From positions 59,087 to 123,086 of the forward strand of contig JBBSJU010000001.1 in NCBI GenBank assembly GCA_038256975.1: a DNA stretch of 64,000 nt, in the 5' to 3' direction. This document shows, one piece after another, positions 1-11,106 of this stretch; the stretch's first letter is position 1; the number at the start of each line of letters is the position of its first letter. The position numbers and the translations under genes were made by a program. The stretch comes from Minisyncoccia bacterium. Its GTDB lineage: Bacteria > Patescibacteriota > Minisyncoccia > Phycocordibacterales > UBA5272. A model generated the notes under the pieces. It made no database searches and was not told the origin of the DNA. It saw only the letters and a list, made by a program, of their open reading frames with translations.

Positions 1-1
1 G

Positions 2-1204
2 GTGACGCAGAAAGGAGGTGAGGATTGGATTGTAAAAGCAACTAAGGGTATTGATGATATACAAAATTTTATTTCTGAAGCTGGACCTGCGTATGTTGAA
101 GGTACTAAAGCGTATGATGAAAGTGAACAAGTTCAGAAAGAGGTTCGTGCAATTGCTAACAAGCTTTATAACAAGGATCTTGATTCTCAAGAATACAAAA
201 TTTTTGACACATGCAAACAATTGAACATTCGTTATTTTAATTTTGTAACCCAAAGACTCAGGTCATCTTTTGACAGCTTTATTTTTGAATCTGAAACAGG
301 ACCTATTGGTAAACAACTTGTTGAGGAAAATATTCCCAATGTTTTTATACAAAGCGAAGGTGCCATTATTTTTGATGGGGAGGCACGAGGTCTGCATACA
401 CGAGTCTTTATAAACAAAGACGGTAATCCGACCTACGAAGCAAAAGATCTTGGACTTTTGTCTTTAAAATTTTCACGTTTTAATCCTGAGCTTTCCATTT
501 TTGTTACTGATCATGAACAGGGCCCATATTTTAAAGTTGTTGGAACTGCGGCAGGGGAGATACATAAAGAGTGGCAAGAAAAAACAGTTCACCTCACTCA
601 TGGACGAATGACATTTAAGGGTGCCAAAATGTCTTCGCGTCTTGGTGGTGTACCTACTGCGGAAGAAGTTTTAAATACTATTAAAGAGGTTGCAAAAGAA
701 AAGTTTACTGAACGGAGTATTGGAATGGATACAGATGCATTTGCAGACATGGTTGCTATTGCCGCACTTAAATTCTCGATTTTAAAAGTTGCACCTGGAA
801 AGCCAGTGAATTTTGATCCAGAAGAAGCGCTTTCCTTTGAAGGCGATTCTGGCCCATACATTCAGTACACTTACGTGCGTACTCGAGCACTTCTTGAAAA
901 AGGGGAGGCTTCAGGAATGCACCCGCAATTAGCAAAGGAATATATTACAACAGACCTTGAAAGAATGTTATATCGATTCGAAGAAGTTGCTCTTCAGGCC
1001 GCGCAAGAATATGCACCGCACCATATCGCACACCACTTACTTCTTCTTGCCCAAGCATTCAATAGTTGGTATGCAGCAAATAAAGTGATTGATGAGAGCA
1101 ACAAAGAACTTTCTGCCCATCGTTTGGCTGTTACGAAAGCAACTGGAACGGTACTTAAAAATGGTCTCTACCTCCTTGGAATTCAAACCCCAGAGCGAAT
1201 GTAA
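2..1204 (+). CDS. argS: Arginyl-tRNA synthetase (5' truncated by window edge)
   Basis: TYEAKDL, KMSSR motif, FEGDSGPYIQY, C-terminal LGI-PERM. Confidence 0.95.
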   Translation: MTQKGGEDWIVKATKGIDDIQNFISEAGPAYVEGTKAYDESEQVQKEVRAIANKLYNKDLDSQEYKIFDTCKQLNIRYFNFVTQRLRSSFDSFIFESETGPIGKQLVEENIPNVFIQSEGAIIFDGEARGLHTRVFINKDGNPTYEAKDLGLLSLKFSRFNPELSIFVTDHEQGPYFKVVGTAAGEIHKEWQEKTVHLTHGRMTFKGAKMSSRLGGVPTAEEVLNTIKEVAKEKFTERSIGMDTDAFADMVAIAALKFSILKVAPGKPVNFDPEEALSFEGDSGPYIQYTYVRTRALLEKGEASGMHPQLAKEYITTDLERMLYRFEEVALQAAQEYAPHHIAHHLLLLAQAFNSWYAANKVIDESNKELSAHRLAVTKATGTVLKNGLYLLGIQTPERM

Positions 1205-1246
1205 GGCATTTTTTCTGGCCTCGGGCTCTATGTTACACTGGACATT

Positions 1247-4200
1247 ATGAGTGAAAAATCAGAACTTGTTACACCAAAAAAGTCGATAGCCGAAAAGGAG
1301 CTCGACGTTCTACAGTTCTGGCAAGAAAACAAGATTTTTGAAAAAAGCCTTGAAAAACCAGGAGGAGCAATTGCCAAACAAAACTTCACTTTTTATGATG
1401 GCCCACCATTTGCAACCGGCGTACCGCACCATGGGCATCTTCTCACAGGGACAATTAAAGACCTTATTCCTCGTTACAAGACGATGCAAGGTGAGTATGT
1501 GCGTCGTGTGTGGGGTTGGGATTGTCATGGTTTGCCAATTGAAAATCTTATTGAGAAAGAGTTTAATTTGAATCACAAAAAAGAAATTGAAGAGTTTGGT
1601 TTGGGTAAGTTTAATCAAGCATGTTTCGAGAGAGTGCTTCTCTATGAAAAAGATTGGAAAAAAGTAGTTCCTCGTATGGGGCGATGGGTGGACATGGAGC
1701 GTGCATACAAAACAATGGACGCGACCTATACGGAGAGTATTTGGTGGTCATGGAAGCAATTGTATGAAAAAAAGTTGGCGTACGAGGGATATAAAATAAT
1801 GCAAATATGTCCACGTTGTGAGACGACACTTGCGCAGAGTGAAGTAGCCCAAGGATATAAAGATGTGACAGATATTTCAGTGACGGCAAAGTTTGAATTA
1901 GTTGACCCGTCTGCGCAGGCAGGTGAACCAGGAACTTTTTTACTTGCGTGGACAACAACACCGTGGACGCTTCCAGGGAATACTGCGCTTGCTCTTAATA
2001 CTGAGGCAATATATGCATACGTTCAGCATGAAGGTTCACTGTATGTTGTGGCAGAAGAAAGACTTGAAAATGTTTTCAAGGAGCTTATATATGAAAAAGT
2101 AAAAACAGTGAAAGGTAAAGATCTTGTTGGTAAATCATATAAACCAGTATTTCCTTACTACATAGATACTTCACTTGATAATAAAGAAAATATATATAAA
2201 GTGTGGGCGGGAGACTTTGTGACTTTAGATACAGGAACGGGAATTGTGCACATTGCCCCAGCTTTTGGAGCTGACGACATGAATCTTGCAAAGGTAAACA
2301 AAATCCCTGTTATTCAACATGTATCAATGAGTGGGCAATTTACTAAAGAAGTTATTGATTTTCCAGAATTGTATGTAAAAAAGTTTGGAGACACACAGTC
2401 AACGGATATCGAGATTGTAAAATATCTCGCGCATCAGGGCAAATTATTTGCAAAAGAAAAACTCGTTCACTCATACCCACACTGTTGGCGATGTGACACA
2501 CCCCTTTTAAACTACGCAACTTCTTCGTGGTTTGTGGATGTTCCAAAAATTAAAGACAAGCTTATTGAGGCAAACAAGGGAGTTACGTGGGTACCGGAAC
2601 ATATTAAAGAAGGTCGTTTTGGAAAGTGGCTCGAAAATGCACACGAATGGGCGGTGTCACGATCACGTTATTGGGGCGCACCTATTCCTGTGTGGAAGTC
2701 CGAAGATGGTGATGTAAAGGTTATTGGAAGTTTTGCAGAAATGCGTGAGTACATGCCGAAAGCGAAGAACATATATATGGGTCTTCGGCATGGAGAGGCA
2801 AATTCAAATGTTACAAACACTCTTGATTCACTTGATGATCAGGAAAATCATTTGACAGAAAAGGGTAAGGAACAGATTGTGGCTGCTGCTAAAGAGCTAA
2901 AGGGTTCTGGTGTCACTAAAATAATTTCCTCACCCTTCTTGCGAACTCAAGAAACAGCTCAAATCTTGAGTGATATTCTCGGGGTTTCTTTCGAGGTTGA
3001 TGACCGATTAAAGGAAATTAATGTAGGTGTTTGGAATCGAAAGACGATAACTGATTTGTACGCACAAAACCCTGAGTTTCAAGAGAATTTAGACTATGCA
3101 CCAGATGGGGGGGAAAGTCACAGAGATTCTCGGACTCGTGCGATGAAGGTTCTATTTGACTGCGAAAAGAAATATGAAGGAGAAACAATCTTGATCGTGA
3201 CTCATGGTGGACCAATCGGTATGCTTGTGACTGGCGCACAGCTTATGAGTGATACCGAAACGCATAATTTCTTTACCAAAGACTCTCATGCCGATAAGCA
3301 TGGAAGATGTCTTGGGCACGGTAAGGTATATGATATTAACTTCAAACCATTTCCAAATCGAAATGGCGTACTTGATGTGCACCGTCCGTTTATCGACGAG
3401 GTCAAACTTACTATTGATGGAAAAGAATACACACGAGTTCCGTATGTATTCGACTGCTGGTACGAGTCGGGGTCAATGCCATATGCTGAAATTCACTATC
3501 CGTTCGAAAATGAAGTGCTGTTTAAAAATAGGTTTCCTGCAGACTGGATTGGTGAAGGTTTAGATCAGACACGCGGATGGTTTTATTCTTTGATGGTTCT
3601 AGGTGTCGCCCTTTTTGACAAAGCTCCTTACAGAAATGTGATTGTAAATGGTCTTGTAATGGCTGCCGATGGGCAAAAGGTAAGTAAGAGCAAGAAAAAC
3701 TTCACTGACCCAATGGAACTCGTAGAAAGGTATGGCGCTGATAGTATGAGACTGTATTTGGTATCAAGCCCGCTTGTACAAGCAGAAAATTCAAATTTCG
3801 TAGACAAAGATTTAGAAGAAATGCATCGAAGAATATTTGTACGTCTTGAAAATGTACTTGCATTTTATGAGATGTTTAAGGGAACAACTAGTACTCGGAT
3901 AGATCCATACAAGTCTCAGAACATGCTTGATATGTGGATGTTAAGTAGACTCAATCAAACTTTGAGTCAGACAACGTCTGGACTTGATGCAAATATGCTT
4001 GATGTGGCATCGCGGCCTTTCGACGGTTTTATTGATGACCTTTCCGTTTGGTATGTGCGTCGAAGTCGAGAACGATTAAAGGGGGACACTGGTGAGGAGG
4101 ATAGAATTGCGGCACTTTCTACCTTTGAATATGTCTTGTTGCAATTTGCAAAAATGTTTGCGCCATTTGCACCATTTGTTTCAGAGCGAGTATACAAGGC

Positions 4201-4741
4201 GGTTGGAGGAGAAAAGGAAAGCGTGCATCTTGAAAGTTGGGGAGAGGTAGGTGAGATAAAGGTTGAGATTGTTGAAGAAATGAAAAAAGTTAGAGACGTG
4301 GTTTCTAAAGGACTCGATGTTCGTGTTAAAAATGCGATTAAGGTTCGCCAGCCACTCTCACTCCTTACAACAGGAATAAAAATTGCAGAGCAGTATCTTG
4401 GTCTTATTCAAGATGAAGTGAATGTAAAACAGGTTACTTTCGATGAATCTCTTGGAGATATTGTGACACTGGATCTTTCCATTACTCCAGAATTAAAAAA
4501 AGAAGGTGATACCCGAGAACTTATTCGAGCAATACAAGATTTGCGTAAAAATAATGGACTCACACCAAATGATACACCGGCACTTTTTTACTCAGGAAAT
4601 GAAGAGGTGAAGTTGTTTGTTGAAAGTATTACGGACGCACTTACTCAGGCGTGCTTACTTTCAGAGATTACATACAAAGATTCTATAGAGAGTGAAGAAA
4701 TAAAAGTAGGTGAGTATCAGATGAAACTTAATTTGGCATAG
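1247..4741 (+). CDS. ileS: Isoleucyl-tRNA synthetase (type 2-like) with inserted histidine phosphatase domain
   Basis: FYDGPPFATG-PHHGH, GWDCHGLP, WTTTPWTLP, EGLDQTRGWF, KVSKS; internal RHG...SPFLR...THGG segment. Confidence 0.95.
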   Translation: MSEKSELVTPKKSIAEKELDVLQFWQENKIFEKSLEKPGGAIAKQNFTFYDGPPFATGVPHHGHLLTGTIKDLIPRYKTMQGEYVRRVWGWDCHGLPIENLIEKEFNLNHKKEIEEFGLGKFNQACFERVLLYEKDWKKVVPRMGRWVDMERAYKTMDATYTESIWWSWKQLYEKKLAYEGYKIMQICPRCETTLAQSEVAQGYKDVTDISVTAKFELVDPSAQAGEPGTFLLAWTTTPWTLPGNTALALNTEAIYAYVQHEGSLYVVAEERLENVFKELIYEKVKTVKGKDLVGKSYKPVFPYYIDTSLDNKENIYKVWAGDFVTLDTGTGIVHIAPAFGADDMNLAKVNKIPVIQHVSMSGQFTKEVIDFPELYVKKFGDTQSTDIEIVKYLAHQGKLFAKEKLVHSYPHCWRCDTPLLNYATSSWFVDVPKIKDKLIEANKGVTWVPEHIKEGRFGKWLENAHEWAVSRSRYWGAPIPVWKSEDGDVKVIGSFAEMREYMPKAKNIYMGLRHGEANSNVTNTLDSLDDQENHLTEKGKEQIVAAAKELKGSGVTKIISSPFLRTQETAQILSDILGVSFEVDDRLKEINVGVWNRKTITDLYAQNPEFQENLDYAPDGGESHRDSRTRAMKVLFDCEKKYEGETILIVTHGGPIGMLVTGAQLMSDTETHNFFTKDSHADKHGRCLGHGKVYDINFKPFPNRNGVLDVHRPFIDEVKLTIDGKEYTRVPYVFDCWYESGSMPYAEIHYPFENEVLFKNRFPADWIGEGLDQTRGWFYSLMVLGVALFDKAPYRNVIVNGLVMAADGQKVSKSKKNFTDPMELVERYGADSMRLYLVSSPLVQAENSNFVDKDLEEMHRRIFVRLENVLAFYEMFKGTTSTRIDPYKSQNMLDMWMLSRLNQTLSQTTSGLDANMLDVASRPFDGFIDDLSVWYVRRSRERLKGDTGEEDRIAALSTFEYVLLQFAKMFAPFAPFVSERVYKAVGGEKESVHLESWGEVGEIKVEIVEEMKKVRDVVSKGLDVRVKNAIKVRQPLSLLTTGIKIAEQYLGLIQDEVNVKQVTFDESLGDIVTLDLSITPELKKEGDTRELIRAIQDLRKNNGLTPNDTPALFYSGNEEVKLFVESITDALTQACLLSEITYKDSIESEEIKVGEYQMKLNLA

Positions 4742-4746
4742 TTTTT

Positions 4747-5319
4747 GTGAGCTATCATCACTACACAACCGAAGGCGTAATTCTTAAACGAGAAGATCGT
4801 GGGGAAAATGATGCGGTCTATGTTGTCTTTACTGAAACACTCGGGCTCATCGCTGCACACGCAACAGGTATACGGCTTTTGAAATCAAAACTACGTTTTG
4901 CGCTCCAGGTAGGAAATAAGGTTCGTATTACTCTTGTACGCGGCAAGGCTTTGTGGAGAATTACAACCTGTGCATTGCTTACACCATTGCCAACATCTAT
5001 TCAAGCAACGTTTCCGCGCGTGTATAAGCTTTTACGAACGTGTATTGTTTTTGATGAGCCGCTCCCATTTGTCTACGAACACATACGAGCACTTGTTTCA
5101 CTTACCGAAGATGTCTACCAAGACAAGCGTCTCTTTCGCACCGCGGAGACACTCATAACAGCTCGCTTGCTCGCAACCATGGGTATGCTCGATCAAGTAC
5201 ACACTGGTGAATTTGATGAAATTTCGCCACTATCAGCATCATTTTGTGTCTCGTATCAAGCAAGAGGTGAGGCTTTGCTTCACCATATCAAAACACGGCT
5301 TGGTGAGAGCGTTCTCTAG
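4747..5319 (+). CDS. recO: DNA repair protein RecO (short form)
   Basis: N-terminal TEGVILKR.D.GE.D...VFT...G...A.A.G.R...SKL pattern of the RecO OB domain; GTG start. Confidence 0.75.
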   Translation: MSYHHYTTEGVILKREDRGENDAVYVVFTETLGLIAAHATGIRLLKSKLRFALQVGNKVRITLVRGKALWRITTCALLTPLPTSIQATFPRVYKLLRTCIVFDEPLPFVYEHIRALVSLTEDVYQDKRLFRTAETLITARLLATMGMLDQVHTGEFDEISPLSASFCVSYQARGEALLHHIKTRLGESVL

Positions 5320-5345
5320 TGTTCTTTGCGGTATACTGTCTGTAT

Positions 5346-7256
5346 ATGGCACCAGAGGATAAAAGTTCTAAACTCGAAGAAATACAGGAATCCTTATATG
5401 ATTCTACCCAAGCGCCAAAAAGCAACGTGCGCCGTATTATTCATGAACGTGAATTTGATGTTCCCGAAGGTTGGACTGGTGCCGACGATCAAGAGTCTCT
5501 TTTGAACGAAATTCCTGCTGAAGAGCGAGTGAATCATTCAAAAAAGATTCCTATTCTTGTACTGATTCTCTCTCTTGTTTTGTGTATAGCGGCGGGAGTA
5601 TTTGCATGGTACCGACTGAGTGGAGAGTCATCTGCAGTGTCTCAAAATCTCATCGCATTAGAATCTCAAGCGCCAGGCTTTATTGATGGGGGAGAAGAGT
5701 TTGATTATATTGTATCGCTTTCGAATCAGAACACCACAGAGTTGCAGCTTGTTGATCTTGAGGTCTCTTATCCGCAAGGAGTTGAAGACATTGCTACCTC
5801 TCGAATTGTAACAACGAAAGATGTTGGTACGGTTCTTCCAAATACAGTTGTTCAAGAAAAGTTCCCACTCACACTTTACGGTGTTCCAGGTACTACCAAG
5901 CCAATTACTACAACTTTAAGATATAGTGTTCCTGGATCAACGGCCACATTTGAAAAAAAAGAAACAAAAGTTGTAGAAATAAAATCATCTCCTCTTACGC
6001 TTACGGTGGATTCTTTAAAAGAGGTTACTCCAGGACAGATCATGAAGGTTAAGGTGCGTATCGAATCTACTCGAGGTAAAACAATTCAAAGCTCTCTCCT
6101 CAAGCTTACATATCCAACAGGATTTGAATTTGTGAGTGCGGATGTTGTACCAACTACAGGTAATAATGTTTGGGATTTGGGCGTACTTACTCCCGGGGTT
6201 GTGCGTGAAATTACTGTCTCTGGTATTGCGCGTGGTGAGGATGGAGAATCAAGGGCGATTCGTGCACAGATTGGCTCAAAAGATGCCTCTGGAATTGCTA
6301 TCGCGTCACTTTTTGCAGAATCTAATCTTTCCTATACGCTTGTAAAGCCATTTTTACAGACAGACATTTTGGTGGCAAATGTAAAAGCGGCGACACATGT
6401 AGTTTCTTCTGGTGCAGATGTCTCTGTTTTTGTCTCCTATAAAAACAATGTCGATAAAGATCTTCAAAATGCAGAAATCGCACTTACTTTAAACGGTGAT
6501 GCAATTATGGAAGAAACTGTCCGCGCAGATGGCGGTTTTTACGATTCACGAACAAATACCGTGACGTGGACAAGGTCTACAGTACGGGAACTTGCAAATC
6601 TTGAGCCAGGCGCGATAGGGAGACTCTCTGTTGTATTTAAAACAAAAAGCTCTATCTCGCTTGATACCAATGAAGAAATAAAGCTAGACGTAAGTGCAAA
6701 AGCTCGACGGGTAGGAGAAAGTCAGCTTGCTGAAACGGTGGTTAGCTCACAGAGCACACTTTTGCGAGTTGTTACTCGGGTTGCTCTTGTTGCAGAAAGT
6801 GCGCGTAGTGGAGGATCATTCTCTGTTTTCGGACCTGTACCTCCAAAAGGAGAACAAGAAACATCGTATGTGCTCATTTCTCAAATTAAAAATACCGTTA
6901 ACCCGATCGATCGAGCAGAGGTGAAATTCAAGCTTCCATTTAATGTTCGGTTTATTGCGGGTGAGGCGACCCAGGGAACGGTAACCTATAGTGAGTTTGA
7001 TAAACAGATTAAGTGGACCGCGGGGAGTGTGGTGAAATCAAGTGGAGGTGTTGATCCAGTGCTGTATGTGCATGTTGCGGTGATACCGTCACTTGTCGAT
7101 GTTGGGAAAAGTTCTACTCTTGCCACAGACTTTACTCTGACCGCAGTTGATATATTTACCAAGACATCACTGAGTGCAAAAGGCCCGAGTGTTATTACGA
7201 CAAAGTTTCGAATTAGTGATGGTTTTAAGAAAGGGGACGATCTTGTTACTCAGTAG
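5346..7256 (+). CDS. Single-pass membrane protein with repeated beta-sandwich (DUF11/Ig-like) extracellular domains
   Basis: One TM segment near the N-terminus, then beta-rich repeats (YPTGFEFVSA, NTVTWT, LPFNVRF); start taken at the ATG 8 nt after TATACT. Confidence 0.65.
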   Translation: MAPEDKSSKLEEIQESLYDSTQAPKSNVRRIIHEREFDVPEGWTGADDQESLLNEIPAEERVNHSKKIPILVLILSLVLCIAAGVFAWYRLSGESSAVSQNLIALESQAPGFIDGGEEFDYIVSLSNQNTTELQLVDLEVSYPQGVEDIATSRIVTTKDVGTVLPNTVVQEKFPLTLYGVPGTTKPITTTLRYSVPGSTATFEKKETKVVEIKSSPLTLTVDSLKEVTPGQIMKVKVRIESTRGKTIQSSLLKLTYPTGFEFVSADVVPTTGNNVWDLGVLTPGVVREITVSGIARGEDGESRAIRAQIGSKDASGIAIASLFAESNLSYTLVKPFLQTDILVANVKAATHVVSSGADVSVFVSYKNNVDKDLQNAEIALTLNGDAIMEETVRADGGFYDSRTNTVTWTRSTVRELANLEPGAIGRLSVVFKTKSSISLDTNEEIKLDVSAKARRVGESQLAETVVSSQSTLLRVVTRVALVAESARSGGSFSVFGPVPPKGEQETSYVLISQIKNTVNPIDRAEVKFKLPFNVRFIAGEATQGTVTYSEFDKQIKWTAGSVVKSSGGVDPVLYVHVAVIPSLVDVGKSSTLATDFTLTAVDIFTKTSLSAKGPSVITTKFRISDGFKKGDDLVTQ

Positions 7257-7311
7257 GGTGGAGTAAAGGATGGAGCTTATATTTTCAGACTATTTTTGCT
7301 AGAGTATAAAA

Positions 7312-8694
7312 ATGGAATCAAAAGACAAGATGGAGGCTATTATCTCGCTCTGCAAACGCCGAGGGTTTGTGTTTCAAGGCTCTGAAATATATGGGGGACT
7401 TGCTGGAGTATATGACTTTGGTCCACGTGGGGTTGAGGTGTTAAATAATATTAAACAATCCTGGTGGAAAGCGAATGTTTACAACAAGGAAAACTATTTT
7501 GGTCTTGATAGTGGAATGTTTAAGCACCCAAGAACATGGGAAGCAAGTGGCCATGTGGGAGGATTTAGCGATCCGCTTGCCGAATGTCGAAAATGTAATA
7601 CACGTGTTCGTGTTGATAAAGAATTGGCGTCTATTGGTGTTGCGGCTGATGAAAAAATGTCTGAGCAAAAAATCAATGAACTTTTTGACCAGAATCGAGA
7701 CAAAATTAAGTGTCCAACATGTGGTGAGAAAAATTTCAGTCAAGTGAAATCATTCAATCTTTTGGTTCAATCTAATCTTGGAGACTTCACATCTGAAGGT
7801 AATGAACCAGTCTATTTACCGGGAGAGGCGTGTCAGGGGATATACCTTAATTATAAAAACATTGTTAATTCAATGAACCCCAAGATGCCATTTGGTGTTG
7901 CTCAAATAGGTAAGGCTTTTCGTAACGAAATCTCGCCAAGAAATTTTCTCTTCCGTACACGGGAATTTGAACAAGCTGATACTCAGTACTTCATCAAACC
8001 AAATGAGAATAAAGAGGCGTATGAGACAATTAAAAAAGATCGTTTCGATTGGTATCTTTCGCTTGGTATACAAGAAAATAAACTTCGTTTTAAACAGCAC
8101 GAAAACCTCGTTTTCTATGCTAAAGATGCTTGGGATATCGAGTATGAATTTCCTAGTGGGTTTGATGAAATAGAAGGTATTCATGATCGCACTGATTATG
8201 ACCTCTCTCAACATCAAAAGTTTTCTGGAGTTGATCTAAACTATATTGATCAAGAAACAGGAGAAAAATATATACCGTGGATTCTGGAGACATCAATGGG
8301 TTTGGGGCGCGTATTTCTTGCGGTTCTTTGCGATGCGTATCACGAAGATGAAATGGATGGAGAAACACGTGTGGTTTTAAAACTTAAACCAGAACTCGCT
8401 CCAGTTTTATGTGCCGTATCGCCACTCCTTAAAAACAAACCAGAACTCGTTGCAAAGGCTCGCGAGGTGTATGCAAGTTTGAAAAAAGAATTTGGTCGCG
8501 TTATGTGGGATGACAACTCAAACATCGGTAAGCGATATCGTCGTCAAGATGAAATTGGTACACCATTTTGTATTACGGTTGATTTTGAAACATTAGAAGG
8601 GGACACAAAGGACACGGTAACAGTGCGTATGCGAGATGATGCAACACAGACGCGAGTTGCGATTGAAGATCTCTCTCATTTCTTACAAAAATAA
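7312..8694 (+). CDS. glyQS: Glycyl-tRNA synthetase, homodimeric type
   Basis: CKRRGF, EIYGG, AQIGKAFRNEI.P, FRTREFEQ, IGKRYRRQDEIGTP. Confidence 0.95.
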   Translation: MESKDKMEAIISLCKRRGFVFQGSEIYGGLAGVYDFGPRGVEVLNNIKQSWWKANVYNKENYFGLDSGMFKHPRTWEASGHVGGFSDPLAECRKCNTRVRVDKELASIGVAADEKMSEQKINELFDQNRDKIKCPTCGEKNFSQVKSFNLLVQSNLGDFTSEGNEPVYLPGEACQGIYLNYKNIVNSMNPKMPFGVAQIGKAFRNEISPRNFLFRTREFEQADTQYFIKPNENKEAYETIKKDRFDWYLSLGIQENKLRFKQHENLVFYAKDAWDIEYEFPSGFDEIEGIHDRTDYDLSQHQKFSGVDLNYIDQETGEKYIPWILETSMGLGRVFLAVLCDAYHEDEMDGETRVVLKLKPELAPVLCAVSPLLKNKPELVAKAREVYASLKKEFGRVMWDDNSNIGKRYRRQDEIGTPFCITVDFETLEGDTKDTVTVRMRDDATQTRVAIEDLSHFLQK

Positions 8695-8697
8695 TTC

Positions 8698-9960
8698 ATG
8701 AAACATATTAAAAAAGTACTCCCTAATGGGCTTCGGGTTATTTTGGTGCCTAAAAAAGAATCTACGAGCGTTCTTGTGTCTGTAACGGTGCAAGCAGGTT
8801 CGAACTACGAATCAGAAAAAGATAGCGGCATCTCACACTTTCTAGAACACATGTGTTTTAAGGGTACAACAAGGCGTCCACAATCAACTGGGATTTCTCG
8901 AGAATTGGACTCTATTGGTGCAATGTACAATGCTTCTACAAATCGGTATCAAACAGAATACTATGTTCGGGTGCGTCCAAAACATCTCACACAAGTGTTT
9001 GATATTGTCTCCGATCTTTATTTAAATCCACTTCTTCCTGTGGAGGAAATAGAAAAAGAAAAGGGGGTTGTGTGTGATGAAATAGATATGTATGCGGATG
9101 ATCCAAGTAGTGTTGCTTCGCAATTAATGCTTGAGAAACTCTTTGGTGACCAAGCGGCTGGGCGAGATGTGGCGGGCACAAAGAAACATGTACAATCATT
9201 TACCCGTGAACAAATAAAGAAATATCGCGACACGCATTATGTAGCAGGAAAAACTATTGTCACGCTTGCGGGAAACTTTGATCCCAAAAAAGCGTTGCAA
9301 CTCGTGCGAAAAGCTTTCGGCAATCTTCCAAAGGTTAAAAAGATTTCACCACAAAAATATACTGCGCCAAAAAATACCACGAAACTTTTTGTACAAACAA
9401 AAGATTCGGAACAAACTCATGTGCGAATGGCTTTTACAAGTGTGCCGTCTAAACATAAAGATCGGCGCATTGCATCACTTCTGGGAGAAATTCTTGGCGG
9501 AACCATGTCGTCACGTCTTTTTGTGCGACTTCGACAGAAGATGGGAGTGAGTTATTATAATTACGCATCCCAAGCCTCTTTGCTTCAATACGGCTACTTC
9601 ACTCTTGGTGCAGGGGTTTATAAAGATCACGTACAAAAAACTGTTGAGGCGTTATATGAAGAATGCTTGAAAATGACCCAAGAACCGGTTAGTGACGAAG
9701 AGTTGGATCGCGCAAAAGAGACGTATGTGAATCCAATGCTTATGTCACTTGAAATGCCTACAACCATTGCCGGGTATGTTACTTCGTTTGAGATTTTTGA
9801 AGAACCATACATCACTATGCAAGAATGGGAAAAGAAAATGAGGGCCATTTCTAAGAAAGATATTATGCGTGTTGCTAAAACAATTTTCAAAAAAGAAAAT
9901 ATGATAGTCGTCGTTGTTGGTCCTCATGAGCAAAAGGTGCTGACTATTCCCACAAAATGA
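8698..9960 (+). CDS. M16 family zinc peptidase
   Basis: HFLEH (HxxEH) motif, LPNGLRV, LG..MSSRLF..LR. Confidence 0.9.
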   Translation: MKHIKKVLPNGLRVILVPKKESTSVLVSVTVQAGSNYESEKDSGISHFLEHMCFKGTTRRPQSTGISRELDSIGAMYNASTNRYQTEYYVRVRPKHLTQVFDIVSDLYLNPLLPVEEIEKEKGVVCDEIDMYADDPSSVASQLMLEKLFGDQAAGRDVAGTKKHVQSFTREQIKKYRDTHYVAGKTIVTLAGNFDPKKALQLVRKAFGNLPKVKKISPQKYTAPKNTTKLFVQTKDSEQTHVRMAFTSVPSKHKDRRIASLLGEILGGTMSSRLFVRLRQKMGVSYYNYASQASLLQYGYFTLGAGVYKDHVQKTVEALYEECLKMTQEPVSDEELDRAKETYVNPMLMSLEMPTTIAGYVTSFEIFEEPYITMQEWEKKMRAISKKDIMRVAKTIFKKENMIVVVVGPHEQKVLTIPTK

Positions 9961-10012
9961 TAGCTCGTGGTGTATAATTGCATCTCAATAAAAATCGCGT
10001 ACAATCAGGGGT

Positions 10013-11101
10013 ATGAACCCATCTGAAAAAGCACTGACCGTAAACGTTAGTTTTGCCACTATCATCAAGGCGGTAGTGTTTTTGCTTTTTATTTATGCGC
10101 TTTTCCTTCTCAAAGAGTTGGTTATTATTGTGCTTGCCTCTATTGTTATTGCGTCTGCCATTGAGCCTGTGACGAGACTTCTTGAGCGTATCCGCATCCC
10201 TCGGCCTTTTGCTGTTGGAATAATCTTTTCGGCCCTTATTGCCATTGTGACGGCTGTCATCTATCTTTTTGTGCCAGTGCTTATTGAGCAATTTTCAGGA
10301 TTTATTCTCACTATTCCAGATTTTTTGTTACGCTTGAGCGCCTTCACACAAGGAAATACTTACTTTACTGAACTTGATATTTTAGGGGACATACAAGCTC
10401 AATTACAAAATGTCGATATTATTTCTTCAGTAAAAGCGGCACTCTTTGGCGTCGGTGGGGGCGTGATACATACCGCAGGTGCACTCTTTAACGGAGTTAC
10501 TCAACTTGTACTAATTACCGTGATATCTTTTTATTTTGCCGTTCAGGAAAAAGGAATCGAAAATTTTCTACGTGTGATCATTCCGCTCAAAAATGAAGCA
10601 TACGCGATTGATCTCTGGAAACGTTCTCAGGCAAAAATAGGGAAGTGGATGCAGGGACAAATGATACTTGCGCTTATCATGGGCACAATCGCATTCTTCG
10701 GCCTCTGGGTAATCGGACTCCGAGAATACGCACTCTTTCTGGCTATTTTAATTTCAATCACAGAACTTATTCCGCTTTTCGGTCCAATTCTCGCTATGAT
10801 CCCGGCTATTTTCCTCGGTTTTTCTTTTGGGGGAGCAGAAATAGGACTCTTGGTGACTGGCTTTTATATTATCCTTCAGCAGTTCGAGAATCATATCCTT
10901 GTTCCGTTGGTGAATAAGCAGTTAGTTGGCGTGCCACCACTTATGGTTATCCTTGCGCTTCTAATCGGAGCAAGTCTTCTTGGTTTTTGGGGTCTTATTC
11001 TTGCGGTGCCAATTGCAGCTGCAATACTTGAGTTTACACGAGATGTACTTACTCGTAAGGACAAGGCTCTCACAATGGCAAATATTTTAAGCGAACAATA
11101 A
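10013..11101 (+). CDS. AI-2E family (PerM-like) transporter
   Basis: Multi-TM protein; IP.FGP and QQFENH.L.P motifs. Confidence 0.85.
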   Translation: MNPSEKALTVNVSFATIIKAVVFLLFIYALFLLKELVIIVLASIVIASAIEPVTRLLERIRIPRPFAVGIIFSALIAIVTAVIYLFVPVLIEQFSGFILTIPDFLLRLSAFTQGNTYFTELDILGDIQAQLQNVDIISSVKAALFGVGGGVIHTAGALFNGVTQLVLITVISFYFAVQEKGIENFLRVIIPLKNEAYAIDLWKRSQAKIGKWMQGQMILALIMGTIAFFGLWVIGLREYALFLAILISITELIPLFGPILAMIPAIFLGFSFGGAEIGLLVTGFYIILQQFENHILVPLVNKQLVGVPPLMVILALLIGASLLGFWGLILAVPIAAAILEFTRDVLTRKDKALTMANILSEQ

Positions 11102-11106
11102 TTTTT

